Below, piece after piece: positions 20,438 through 28,986 of a DNA stretch of 64,000 bases. Under the pieces are notes generated by a model, which ran no database searches, was not told the origin of the DNA, and worked only from the letters and a program-made list of their open reading frames with translations. The position numbers and the translations under genes were made by a program. Source of the stretch: a virus (lineage: Duplodnaviria > Heunggongvirae > Uroviricota > Caudoviricetes); the IMG/VR virus record IMGVR_UViG_3300024333_000003. One strand, 5' to 3'. Position 1 is the first letter of the stretch; each line of letters begins with the position of its first letter.

Positions 20438-21054
20438 ATATAGGTATAGATTGCGACGGTATTATGTTTAATTGGGCTAAGGAATACTCACGTATCATAC
20501 GCAGTATTGGAGGGGAACGATATCCATTGATTACAAACGAAGTGGAAGAAGTCCTGTCATACGATTGGTCAGAATGGTATCCAGCCGATAAAAGTTTGTT
20601 GGATAAGGCCTGGAGAGTCATGACGGAAAAAGAACATTTTTGGGAACACGCCGAAGTGTTAAATCCGAGCCAAGTACAGTATATGTGTGAGCGACTGGAT
20701 AAAGATCCGTATATCAATGTTTATTTTATTACAGCTCGGGTACCGGCAAAAGGAGATACATTAATACGACAGACTATAAAAAGCTTAGAGCTCATAGGAT
20801 GGACGTCACCGCAGGTAATAGTATCATTTCGAAAAGGAGCAATCGCCAGAGCATTAGATTTGCGCTATTTTCTTGACGATCGCGCGGAGAATTGTGTTGA
20901 AGTAGCTATGTATCATGATTCTACTAAAGTATTCATCTTGGATAAACGGTATAATCGCATATTACAAGATAAATATTTTAAAATCACACGTATAAAGCGT
21001 TTAGAAGAGTTTACCGATCAAGTCATAAAAGAACTACATACACCAATGAACTGA
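20386..21054 (+). CDS. HAD-superfamily 5'(3')-deoxyribonucleotidase-like hydrolase
   Basis: N-terminal IGIDCDGIMFNW (DxDG motif I). Confidence 0.45.
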   Translation: MACKNKFLSEFKERMSVNIGIDCDGIMFNWAKEYSRIIRSIGGERYPLITNEVEEVLSYDWSEWYPADKSLLDKAWRVMTEKEHFWEHAEVLNPSQVQYMCERLDKDPYINVYFITARVPAKGDTLIRQTIKSLELIGWTSPQVIVSFRKGAIARALDLRYFLDDRAENCVEVAMYHDSTKVFILDKRYNRILQDKYFKITRIKRLEEFTDQVIKELHTPMN

Positions 21055-21060
21055 ATTTTA

Positions 21061-21070
21061 TGGTATAAGA
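21061..21070 (+). promoter_or_regulatory. extended -10 promoter element TGGTATAAGA at the 5' edge of the non-coding RNA locus
   Basis: same decamer recurs at 25511, 38693, 39360, and with variation at 52641 and 52773, each upstream of a gene start. Confidence 0.5.
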
Positions 21071-21316
21071 ATTGCACTGTACGTAGTTTAATATACATTA
21101 CGAGAGTCTCAAGTTTAACCCCGCACATCTACTAGGGATACGACTCCCCCGAAAGTTTTTGCCCTATCGAAAATACAAAAACTGTAAGATTGTGCGGTCC
21201 AGAAATCACTTGACTTTACATAAGAAATTATGTATATTTGTAAGTGGGGTCGTTGATACAGCGTTATCCCGTTAAGATAAAACCGCTGAATCTCTTATTA
21301 TCTCACTATTATTTTT

Positions 21317-21389
21317 GGGCCTATAGCGTAATTGGGAACGCAGTAGCTTTGCAAGCTAAAGACTCGGAGTTCAATTCTCCGTAGGTCCA
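21317..21389 (+). tRNA. tRNA-Ala: tRNA-Ala (anticodon UGC)
   Basis: manual fold: acceptor gggccta/taggtcc with a G3:U70 wobble (the Ala identity element); D-stem gcgt/acgc; anticodon loop ttTGCaa; T-arm cggag-ttcaatt-ctccg; discriminator A; no encoded CCA. Confidence 0.85.
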
Positions 21390-22096
21390 CTAAGCTGAGT
21401 CGGACGCAAGATCGTTATCTTATCTTACCTTACAAAGACAAAAAACACGGTCTTCAATCATTTATTCAGCTTCCAAGTTTAGGGGTCGAATCAATCATCG
21501 TTATCTTTCGCATAAGAACCCGAGCACAAAGTCCTGTGCTCAAGTCGATAATATCGACAGGTTAGGCAACCGGTGGTTAAACATTATCCCTTTAATTTAA
21601 AACAATCAACACTGAACCGTGGTAGAATAATGGGTAGTCTGCCCATAATACGTAGTGGCTGCGAAGATCAGCTGCTGGCAGTACAGTATACATGCGTAAA
21701 GGTAAAACGGCCAGAGTCGTACAACTCTGAGTCTCGTAAGAATCGGACAAATCGCTTATAGACAATCCTGAGGACTGTATCCGATTGGAGGTAGATTCCT
21801 CCCAGAATTCCACGCAAGTGGAACCATAATATATTAGGCCAAATATATGGTCTGTGCCTGAATAACGTAGGTATTTCCAAGGCTTATAGGTAATCAGTAG
21901 CCCTGTCGATTCATTGTTGATCTTATAAGGAGTCGTTATGAACACACTTTCCAAACAAGATATATTTGAAAGATCCGCCGCATGCTTATCGCATAATGTG
22001 GACTTCATTACATTACAGCCTTTTAAAGAAGATATGACAACACATGCTTATTCCTTAGAGGATACTGTAGTCTTTACACAATTTGTACCAATTAAT

Positions 22097-22167
22097 CCAA
22101 ATGCACATAAGGCGTAACCATAACATTGGTATCGCGGAAAATGTAGGTTCGAATCCTACCATTTGGG
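22097..22167 (+). ncRNA. tRNA-like element with canonical T-arm (gtagg-TTCGAAT-cctac) and acceptor-like pairing ccaaatg/catttgg but no regular D or anticodon arm; candidate Y-RNA-type tRNA mimic
   Basis: perfect GGTTCGAATCC T-arm and a 7-bp terminal stem; internal spacing is too short for a standard tRNA. Confidence 0.35.
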
Positions 22168-22775
22168 CTATCGGGTCGAATCGGCTTGGTTATCAATCTA
22201 AGAAAAAAGAACGCGGTAGAGTCCGCAACTAGCCTAGGAATGTAAAAGGCAATCTCCGAGCTCAATATTTATCCGGTAATTTTTAGAAAAGAATATAATA
22301 TCCTTGTTTTGCTTAAATGCAAGTAAGTGATACTTTAAAGAAATTAGAGTTTTTAAGATATTAAAATAGTTGTACGTGACAGTGGTTGCTTACTTGCGAC
22401 TGCTGAAGTCGGTAGTGACGTTCCGCGCTAGGCCGCAAAGCGACCGATGCTTCACTGGTGGAGGTGCCATTCTTAGCTACTGGGAATACACAGTAGTATG
22501 CGTTGCTATTCCGCCAAAAATAGAATAGCATTAGTTTTTCTTGAGGCCGAACAAAGTTGGTTATCATACTTGAATAAAATCAATGGTAATACCATAGCAT
22601 TCGCGAATATGTGAGTAGCGAGTGCGTGTTACTTATAACATAAATAATGTCGCCGGTTAGCGTAGAAACCGATGCCTTGTTATTGGAGCTGCAATCTAAT
22701 AATGCTGCTTGTCAAAAGCATCCGACTTTAAACATTGCCTCATTTTTTTACATCCTAATAGAAAGGGAGTCGAAC

Positions 22776-24437
22776 ATGAACAAGAAAACACCATACTCGC
22801 AAACTGCGAGACAATTAAATCCAAATACACCCGTACCACAATCACAACCAATTCCCGGCAAGACTATGGTACAAAACGCCGCCGGTGGGTACGTGTTTGA
22901 ACTGGATAAGTGGCAAAGACTAGACAGATTTTTAATACTTGGTAGCGAAAGCGGTAATTATTACATTGGCCCGCTAAAGATGACGCAAGATAACGCCAAG
23001 AACGTTGCCGCATGTATTAAAGAAGACGGCAAGCGTGTCGTAGATGTTACAGTGCAAATTTCCGATTCTGGAAGAGCCGCAAAGAACGATCCAGCCTTAT
23101 TTGTTTTGGCGATGTGTGCTGCGGCGGATGATATTGATACGCGTCAATATGCTTTGCAATCATTACAAAAAGTAGCTCGCACCGGAACTTATTTATTCCA
23201 CTTTGTTGAATACATTGACAAAATGCGCGGCTGGAGTCGTGGATTACGTACTGCCATCGGTAACTGGTATACCAATCGCAAGATTGAGTCACTAGCAGTA
23301 CAGCTGGCAAAATATCAATCTAGGGACGGCTGGTCGCATCGCGATGTGTTGCGTTTGGCGCATCCACACCCTGAGACCGAAGCACAGACTTTGGCATTTA
23401 AATGGGCTGTCGACCGTATCAAACAGCAAAAAGATAAGGATTCAAAGTATTTTAACATGGATGCTTATGAGCATGATATGTCCAAGTTAAAAGAATTGTT
23501 ACCACTTATCGGCGCTTACGAAGAAGTGAAAGCTACCGACAATAAGAAACGTATTGTCGAGCTTGTACAAGAATTTGAACTTCCGTTGGAATTAGTTCCT
23601 ACGGAAAAGCGCACAAAACAGGTTTATGATGTGATTATACCTAATTTAGGTATTACTGCATTGATCAGGCAGTTACCAACGCTAACAAATGCCGGAGTTC
23701 TTGGTGAAGTAGGATGTGACAATACAAAGTATATAGTGGAGCAATTCACTAATCCTGAAGTATTGAAGAAAGGTCGTGTCCATCCAATACAAGTTTTAAT
23801 AGCACAGGCAACATACGGTGGAGGAAAAAGTTTCCGTGGGACATCAACATGGAGCCCAGTTCGAAAGTTAGTGGATGCATTAGAAGATTGCTTTTATTTA
23901 TCTTTTGGTGCCGTTGAACCGACGGGAAAACGTATTTTAATAGGATTGGACATTTCAGGCTCAATGAGTATGGGGTCAGTAATTGGTTCTGAACAATTAC
24001 GCCCATGCCAAGTTACCGCAGCTATGTCGATGGTAACCATGCGCACTGAAAAGGATTATGTTATAAAGGGGTTCTCGACATCGTTTTGTGATCTCGGTAT
24101 CTCTCCAAAACAAGATCTAGCCACAGTAATGGCTAAAGTGGCCAACCAAAACTATGGTGGTACTGACTGTTCGTTACCGATGATATACGCCGAACAGCAC
24201 AAAATACCTATCGATGCTTTTGTGGTCTATACGGATAATGAAACTTGGGCTGGGCACGTACATCCAATCCAGGCACTGAAATCTTATCAGCAAAAGATGG
24301 GTATTCCTGCACGATTAATCAGTGTTGCCACATCGGCTACAAACGGAAGCATCGCAGACGATTCTGCTTACACCATGAACGTCGTAGGATTCGATGCATC
24401 TGCACCGAAGATTATAAGTGACTTTATTAGAGGTTAA
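22776..24437 (+). CDS. Ro60/Rsr-like protein (TROVE-type N-terminal region plus C-terminal vWA)
   Basis: ~550 aa; C-terminal MIDAS motif LIGLDISGSMSM; probable start at ATG 22776 with RBS gggag (the ORF track begins at 22647); lies immediately next to the tRNA/tRNA-like RNA locus, as rsr genes do. The TROVE part is inferred and not verified by motif. Confidence 0.5.
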   Translation: MNKKTPYSQTARQLNPNTPVPQSQPIPGKTMVQNAAGGYVFELDKWQRLDRFLILGSESGNYYIGPLKMTQDNAKNVAACIKEDGKRVVDVTVQISDSGRAAKNDPALFVLAMCAAADDIDTRQYALQSLQKVARTGTYLFHFVEYIDKMRGWSRGLRTAIGNWYTNRKIESLAVQLAKYQSRDGWSHRDVLRLAHPHPETEAQTLAFKWAVDRIKQQKDKDSKYFNMDAYEHDMSKLKELLPLIGAYEEVKATDNKKRIVELVQEFELPLELVPTEKRTKQVYDVIIPNLGITALIRQLPTLTNAGVLGEVGCDNTKYIVEQFTNPEVLKKGRVHPIQVLIAQATYGGGKSFRGTSTWSPVRKLVDALEDCFYLSFGAVEPTGKRILIGLDISGSMSMGSVIGSEQLRPCQVTAAMSMVTMRTEKDYVIKGFSTSFCDLGISPKQDLATVMAKVANQNYGGTDCSLPMIYAEQHKIPIDAFVVYTDNETWAGHVHPIQALKSYQQKMGIPARLISVATSATNGSIADDSAYTMNVVGFDASAPKIISDFIRG

Positions 24438-24446
24438 TTAATATTA

Positions 24447-24474
24447 GGGAGATAGGTCATCATCTCCCTTTTAC
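24447..24474 (+). terminator. Rho-independent terminator
   Basis: gggagat-aggtcatc-atctccc hairpin plus TTTT. Confidence 0.55.
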
Positions 24475-24643
24475 TTATGCAAGTAAAGATATTAGTAACT
24501 GGCGAAAAATATGGATTTAAATTTGGAGACATTGCTTATGTTTCCAAGACAAAAATTATTGGGGATACAACTATGTTTGGAGTTAAAGCCCCAAAGCAGG
24601 GAGTCGGAATAATCTGGTTTAACCAGCGGGAGATCGAAATAAT

Positions 24644-24862
24644 TTGAGAGTTTATGATATATATCTAAAATCCGGCGCTATAATCCCTATTTCTTTTGAC
24701 GGGGGTAGCAACCAATTGCTAACCTTCATAGACCAATATATGACGCAAATTTCAGGCCCACTAGAATATTTTGAATTTACCTCAATGGACGCAAATAAAG
24801 TTTTTATTATATGGGATCAAATAGCCGCAATAGTAGAAGTAAAAGAGATTACAGAATCGTAA
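24644..24862 (+). CDS. hypothetical protein
   Basis: 72-aa ORF. Confidence 0.3.
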   Translation: MRVYDIYLKSGAIIPISFDGGSNQLLTFIDQYMTQISGPLEYFEFTSMDANKVFIIWDQIAAIVEVKEITES

Positions 24863-25472
24863 TCTCTTTTTTTAACCGCTTGACAGCTTCTAAGTTTTCT
24901 TCTAATTTTGGTCGCAGCGTCATACAGAGTTTTTCACATTGATGAAAATTATTCCAAAACACTGGAGCGCGCTCTGGTATTAAATAAGGATATTTGTTCT
25001 TTTCTTTTAATGCACGATATATAGTTACTTCAGTATCATTTATAACTTGCGTTAAATCTTTGAATACATTACCATAATCAGTATTTAATAAAAAAAAGTC
25101 GGAGGATAAACTACCCTCTAGATTATGATGCCATTTATTTCCCGCATAGCATCGATGTGATGCATCAAAATCCGCAATTAATTTTATTAGTTTTTCTTCA
25201 TCAAGTGGCCAAACATGTGCACTTAATTTTATATAGTGTGGGGTTTCAGGATATTTGCTTTTAAACCATTTCATTCCCTCGACTATCATAGCCAATTCAC
25301 GCGAATGCGGTTTAGTTCCGGCTATGCGTACATTGCATACAAAATTTTTGTCTGTTCCGGCATATATAATACCCACTTGTGGTTGTAGGGTTTTGTAAGT
25401 TTGTAGCACACCCAAAAGAACCGGCAAGTGGTCTTCGTTGTTATAACACGTAATTAACACGTTTATCTTCAT
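24849..25472 (-). CDS. GT2-like glycosyltransferase-domain protein
   Basis: N-terminal INVLITCYNNEDHLPVLL resembles the GT2 IPtYNe motif; only 207 aa. Confidence 0.35.
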   Translation of the reverse strand: MKINVLITCYNNEDHLPVLLGVLQTYKTLQPQVGIIYAGTDKNFVCNVRIAGTKPHSRELAMIVEGMKWFKSKYPETPHYIKLSAHVWPLDEEKLIKLIADFDASHRCYAGNKWHHNLEGSLSSDFFLLNTDYGNVFKDLTQVINDTEVTIYRALKEKNKYPYLIPERAPVFWNNFHQCEKLCMTLRPKLEENLEAVKRLKKEITIL

Positions 25473-25510
25473 ATAATAAATATACGCAAAAAATATCGAA
25501 AAATCAAATG

Positions 25511-25520
25511 TGGTATAAGA
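25511..25520 (+). promoter_or_regulatory. TGGTATAAGA extended -10 element 4 nt upstream of ATG 25525 (leaderless configuration)
   Basis: motif recurrence; the -10 hexamer ends 5 nt before the ATG. Confidence 0.45.
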
Positions 25521-25524
25521 GCAT

Positions 25525-25893
25525 ATGTATCCTATTTATTTAACAGTATATGGAATTGATTTTACACCACGTCAAAATGAAGCTCATTTGACGCTGGCCT
25601 ATGATATGGGCTTGCTGGAAAGTGCTTATTCGGGTGATGCCAATCCTCCGGTATATGCAGGTGTGTATTATAAAAGTATACCTGGATTTCAGTTACGTTA
25701 TGACAATATTACTTATCCAAAACAAGCTAAATTAAATGCAGACTGGAAGAAATACAAAGTTAAATTAATTAAAAAACTCACTTTCGCAATGAAGTCGGAA
25801 AATCTTAATACAAAAGAAATGGTGTTATTAAAAAAAGTCATTTCAGAATTAAATAAACGTCCTAAAAAATTATTATTATACAGCACATCATGA
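25525..25893 (+). CDS. hypothetical protein
   Basis: 122-aa ORF. Confidence 0.4.
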   Translation: MYPIYLTVYGIDFTPRQNEAHLTLAYDMGLLESAYSGDANPPVYAGVYYKSIPGFQLRYDNITYPKQAKLNADWKKYKVKLIKKLTFAMKSENLNTKEMVLLKKVISELNKRPKKLLLYSTS

Positions 25894-26348
25894 CCACACA
25901 AGAGGCAGATAATTCTTTTACGCAACAAAGTGTTGCACTTACAAATCACAAGAATCATATCTCGAACAGGGATCGATGGCAATTGTTTCGATCCAACCAA
26001 ACAGTTTACCGCCGTATTCGGACGCGTGCCGATCATTTCATAGTACGGTCCGAGACTGGTCCTTATATACATAATAAACAAAATTATTACATCTCGGGCC
26101 AGGAGATAAAAAGCATAAATATCAAGAAAAAAATTATCCCCGTGGTACGAGAACATACGTTGCAAAATATTTTTGAAGATTTGTCCAGAATTTATTCTTT
26201 CGCAATACCAGATCAACACTGGATATCTTATAGTATCTGTATACAACTTGCGCGACAATTGGATGAGATAACTATAATAGATTTGCTTGAAACCACTATA
26301 TTTACTACATACAGAGAAGACGATCACACAATAACATTAGAAATATGA
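25890..26348 (+). CDS. hypothetical protein
   Basis: 152-aa ORF with ATGA coupling. Confidence 0.35.
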   Translation: MTTQEADNSFTQQSVALTNHKNHISNRDRWQLFRSNQTVYRRIRTRADHFIVRSETGPYIHNKQNYYISGQEIKSINIKKKIIPVVREHTLQNIFEDLSRIYSFAIPDQHWISYSICIQLARQLDEITIIDLLETTIFTTYREDDHTITLEI

Positions 26349-26815
26349 AACGAAGAAAATATATTGATTACGAATCATACGATGCCAATGCGCTGACTAC
26401 AGCGATTAGGGAATTAACTGCAGAAAAAGCAGAGATTTCACGAGAATTACAGCGTGCAGAAGAAGCACAAAAACTTCAAGCTCTTGATATAAATACTTTG
26501 GTGGGAAAGGCTTTTTCCATTCCTGATGATATTGACCCAAACAATGTAAAATCGATCTCATATATACTCATAACGAGTACTGATCCGGATGCCGAAATTA
26601 CGTCATATAGCGATATTGCTAATGGTCTGCAAATAACAGAGTATTTTAAAGACGACGGCAGCTTAAATTATATGGAGATGTGCACGCCTCCGTCAAATCC
26701 AGATATGTACTATATCGATGGTGATAAACTTGCAGAAAGCACCGAGATCACCATAGACGAATTCAAGATGAAGTACGAAAAATTTAAAAGTTTTGTTGAA
26801 AAAAACTTAAGTTGA
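26345..26815 (+). CDS. hypothetical acidic protein
   Basis: 156-aa ORF with ATGA coupling. Confidence 0.35.
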   Translation: MKRRKYIDYESYDANALTTAIRELTAEKAEISRELQRAEEAQKLQALDINTLVGKAFSIPDDIDPNNVKSISYILITSTDPDAEITSYSDIANGLQITEYFKDDGSLNYMEMCTPPSNPDMYYIDGDKLAESTEITIDEFKMKYEKFKSFVEKNLS

Positions 26816-26861
26816 CTTAATAGAAAAATTTTCGTATATTAAAGCTTCAATTAGGAGCTAT

Positions 26862-28979
26862 ATGTTTAAACTTACACTTTCGGTCTCTAAGACCCAAATT
26901 AAAACAAAAACAGAAGGTACGTTAGTTACAGAATTTTTAACACAAGAATTTGATGTAAATAACGATACGAATTTAAAAGAACTTTTCACAACTAGATTGT
27001 ATAGCACCAATTATTGGGAAAGCGGTAAATGTAGTAAACGTAATTTTTCTGGATTATACGGCATAACAGTAGATATTGATAACGGCAAATCAATAGATGC
27101 GGCAAAAGAGATATTTAAAAATTACAATTATATCATACACACTAGCACCAGCCATCGTGCTGACCTCGAGAAAAAAGGTGGTATACAAGATCGATTTAGA
27201 ATTATCTTGCCAGGCAATCCTGATAAATATCCAAAGTTTAAAGATTTAAGTAAAGCTTCTGCGCTATATGCACTTATTATCAAGAAATACCCGTTTGTGG
27301 ACAGCGCATGCGCAGAACCAGCCAGAAAATATTTTCCATTTCTAAATACAACCTATCCGCAATTACTTGAGATTCATATCAATGACACCGGATTATATTA
27401 TGAGGTAGATGATGGTGAATTAGTAGATATGCTTATTCAAATGGAGGCCGCACGAAAACTACATAAAAATAAAAATGCGGTATTGGGCGATCCAAATAGA
27501 AAATATATTACCTGGGAAACAGAAGTAGTATTGAAGGACAAAATTACTAAAGTACGCATACGCGACATTGAAGAAGCAACACACAGTATATATTGCCCGT
27601 TTTGTGATGATATAAATTCGGCAGGTCCCTCTGCACACATAACATTTAATATAGAGGGGTTTCCGATTCTTGTGTGCGATCACTGTGAAAGCGTGCATGA
27701 AGGCAACGAAGGAAAATATTATTTACCTCTAAGTGAAAAATATAATAATCTTTTATATATTGAAGATAAGCTATATTGTATCAAAGAAACCCAAAAAAGT
27801 ATAAACCTAGTAAAGATGCCAATAGCTTACATCAATCATTTGGCGCCCGATGATTCGCGTCGCTTGCAAAACTGGCTATCAAAAAATCGATTGTTCGCTG
27901 CAGAAGATTTTAAATTACAGAAGTTGTATAATGGCTATACCGAAAAATTAAATTGGTCGTATGTTGATGGTGGGACAACCTTGGAAATTAATGTACCGCC
28001 GGTTCCAGTTCAGATACAAGATAATGATTATATTAATAACTGGATAAACAGTATGATAATAGAGCCAGAATATAACGAGTTCTTTAAAGATTACTTGGCG
28101 GTATTTGCATATCATAATCATGGAAAGGTGCCGGTACTAGTTTTAACCGGTCCACGTGGGTCAGGTAAAACTACAGTGGCTGAATTCATGTCTAACTTTT
28201 TCCGCGATTGTCACGCTGATTGGGATGGCAATAATAGTCAATTTACAAGTTACTTTGAAAAGAGATTATTGTTAGTTGACGAAGCTATCAACAATAAGAA
28301 GGAACAATATGTAAAATTAAAGGCTATAACCGGTCGCAGCGATCTTCGAGTAAATAAAAAGCACAAAGCAGAGTATCAAGTAGCTAATAATGTATGTGTT
28401 GTACTACTAACGAATGAAAGCGTTCCTATGTACTTAATTGAACATGAATGCCCGACTGAAGCATCTGAAAATCAATTCTTTATGTATCATTTAGAGAAAC
28501 GTAAAGGTCCTATGAATGCAATGATTGGCACCGAATTAAAAGAACGCGCCGGTCATTATATTCGTACAGAACTTCGAAGACGTTATGAGGCTTGGCGATC
28601 ACGTGGAGACTTACGCAATAATAGATACGCAATACCTGTGCCAATTACAGATTTATTGCGGAGCCAGTTTGAAAATTCACGCACAGCCTTAGATTATGAA
28701 TGTGACCAGGTATTCTTGGCTTGCATCAACGGTGTAGTACGTAAAGACCGAATGGGTCAACCTATTGAAACTATAGGGCCATTTGATACCGTGAGCACTG
28801 CGGATCTTCGACATTTGATTGACGCTGTAGGAGTTACAAATTCCAATGTTAAAAGTTTTCGGGAACGTATGCAACAATATGGTTATTTGAAATTAAAACG
28901 AACACATAAAAACGGACTGGATGCTTGGGAAATAGATCCAGGTGGATTAATAAAACTTCAAAAACAAAAAGGAACATAA
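26862..28979 (+). CDS. DNA primase-helicase (D5/P4-type SF3 helicase with N-terminal primase-like region and zinc finger)
   Basis: Walker A VLVLTGPRGSGKTT, Walker B LLLVDEA, zinc motif CPFCDD...CDHCES; RBS aggag upstream. Confidence 0.5.
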   Translation: MFKLTLSVSKTQIKTKTEGTLVTEFLTQEFDVNNDTNLKELFTTRLYSTNYWESGKCSKRNFSGLYGITVDIDNGKSIDAAKEIFKNYNYIIHTSTSHRADLEKKGGIQDRFRIILPGNPDKYPKFKDLSKASALYALIIKKYPFVDSACAEPARKYFPFLNTTYPQLLEIHINDTGLYYEVDDGELVDMLIQMEAARKLHKNKNAVLGDPNRKYITWETEVVLKDKITKVRIRDIEEATHSIYCPFCDDINSAGPSAHITFNIEGFPILVCDHCESVHEGNEGKYYLPLSEKYNNLLYIEDKLYCIKETQKSINLVKMPIAYINHLAPDDSRRLQNWLSKNRLFAAEDFKLQKLYNGYTEKLNWSYVDGGTTLEINVPPVPVQIQDNDYINNWINSMIIEPEYNEFFKDYLAVFAYHNHGKVPVLVLTGPRGSGKTTVAEFMSNFFRDCHADWDGNNSQFTSYFEKRLLLVDEAINNKKEQYVKLKAITGRSDLRVNKKHKAEYQVANNVCVVLLTNESVPMYLIEHECPTEASENQFFMYHLEKRKGPMNAMIGTELKERAGHYIRTELRRRYEAWRSRGDLRNNRYAIPVPITDLLRSQFENSRTALDYECDQVFLACINGVVRKDRMGQPIETIGPFDTVSTADLRHLIDAVGVTNSNVKSFRERMQQYGYLKLKRTHKNGLDAWEIDPGGLIKLQKQKGT

Positions 28980-28986
28980 ATAAAGA

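Noticed and set aside
21573-22008. ORFs called on both strands (21573..21761 +, 21592..22008 -, 21668..21880 -) inside the 1.6-kb intergenic region
   Set aside because: They overlap each other, have no RBS or promoter context, and lie in a region containing a tRNA and multiple tRNA-like/hairpin elements with a promoter at its 5' edge; treated as non-coding RNA sequence.
22097-22167. Calling this element a standard tRNA gene
   Set aside because: Although the T-arm and acceptor stem are perfect, the 39-nt interior cannot be folded into regular D and anticodon arms; reported only as a tRNA-like ncRNA candidate.
22647-22775. Upstream extension of the Ro60-like ORF to the ATG at 22647
   Set aside because: The extension lacks an RBS and would run through structured non-coding sequence; an internal ATG at 22776 is preceded by gggag at the appropriate spacing.
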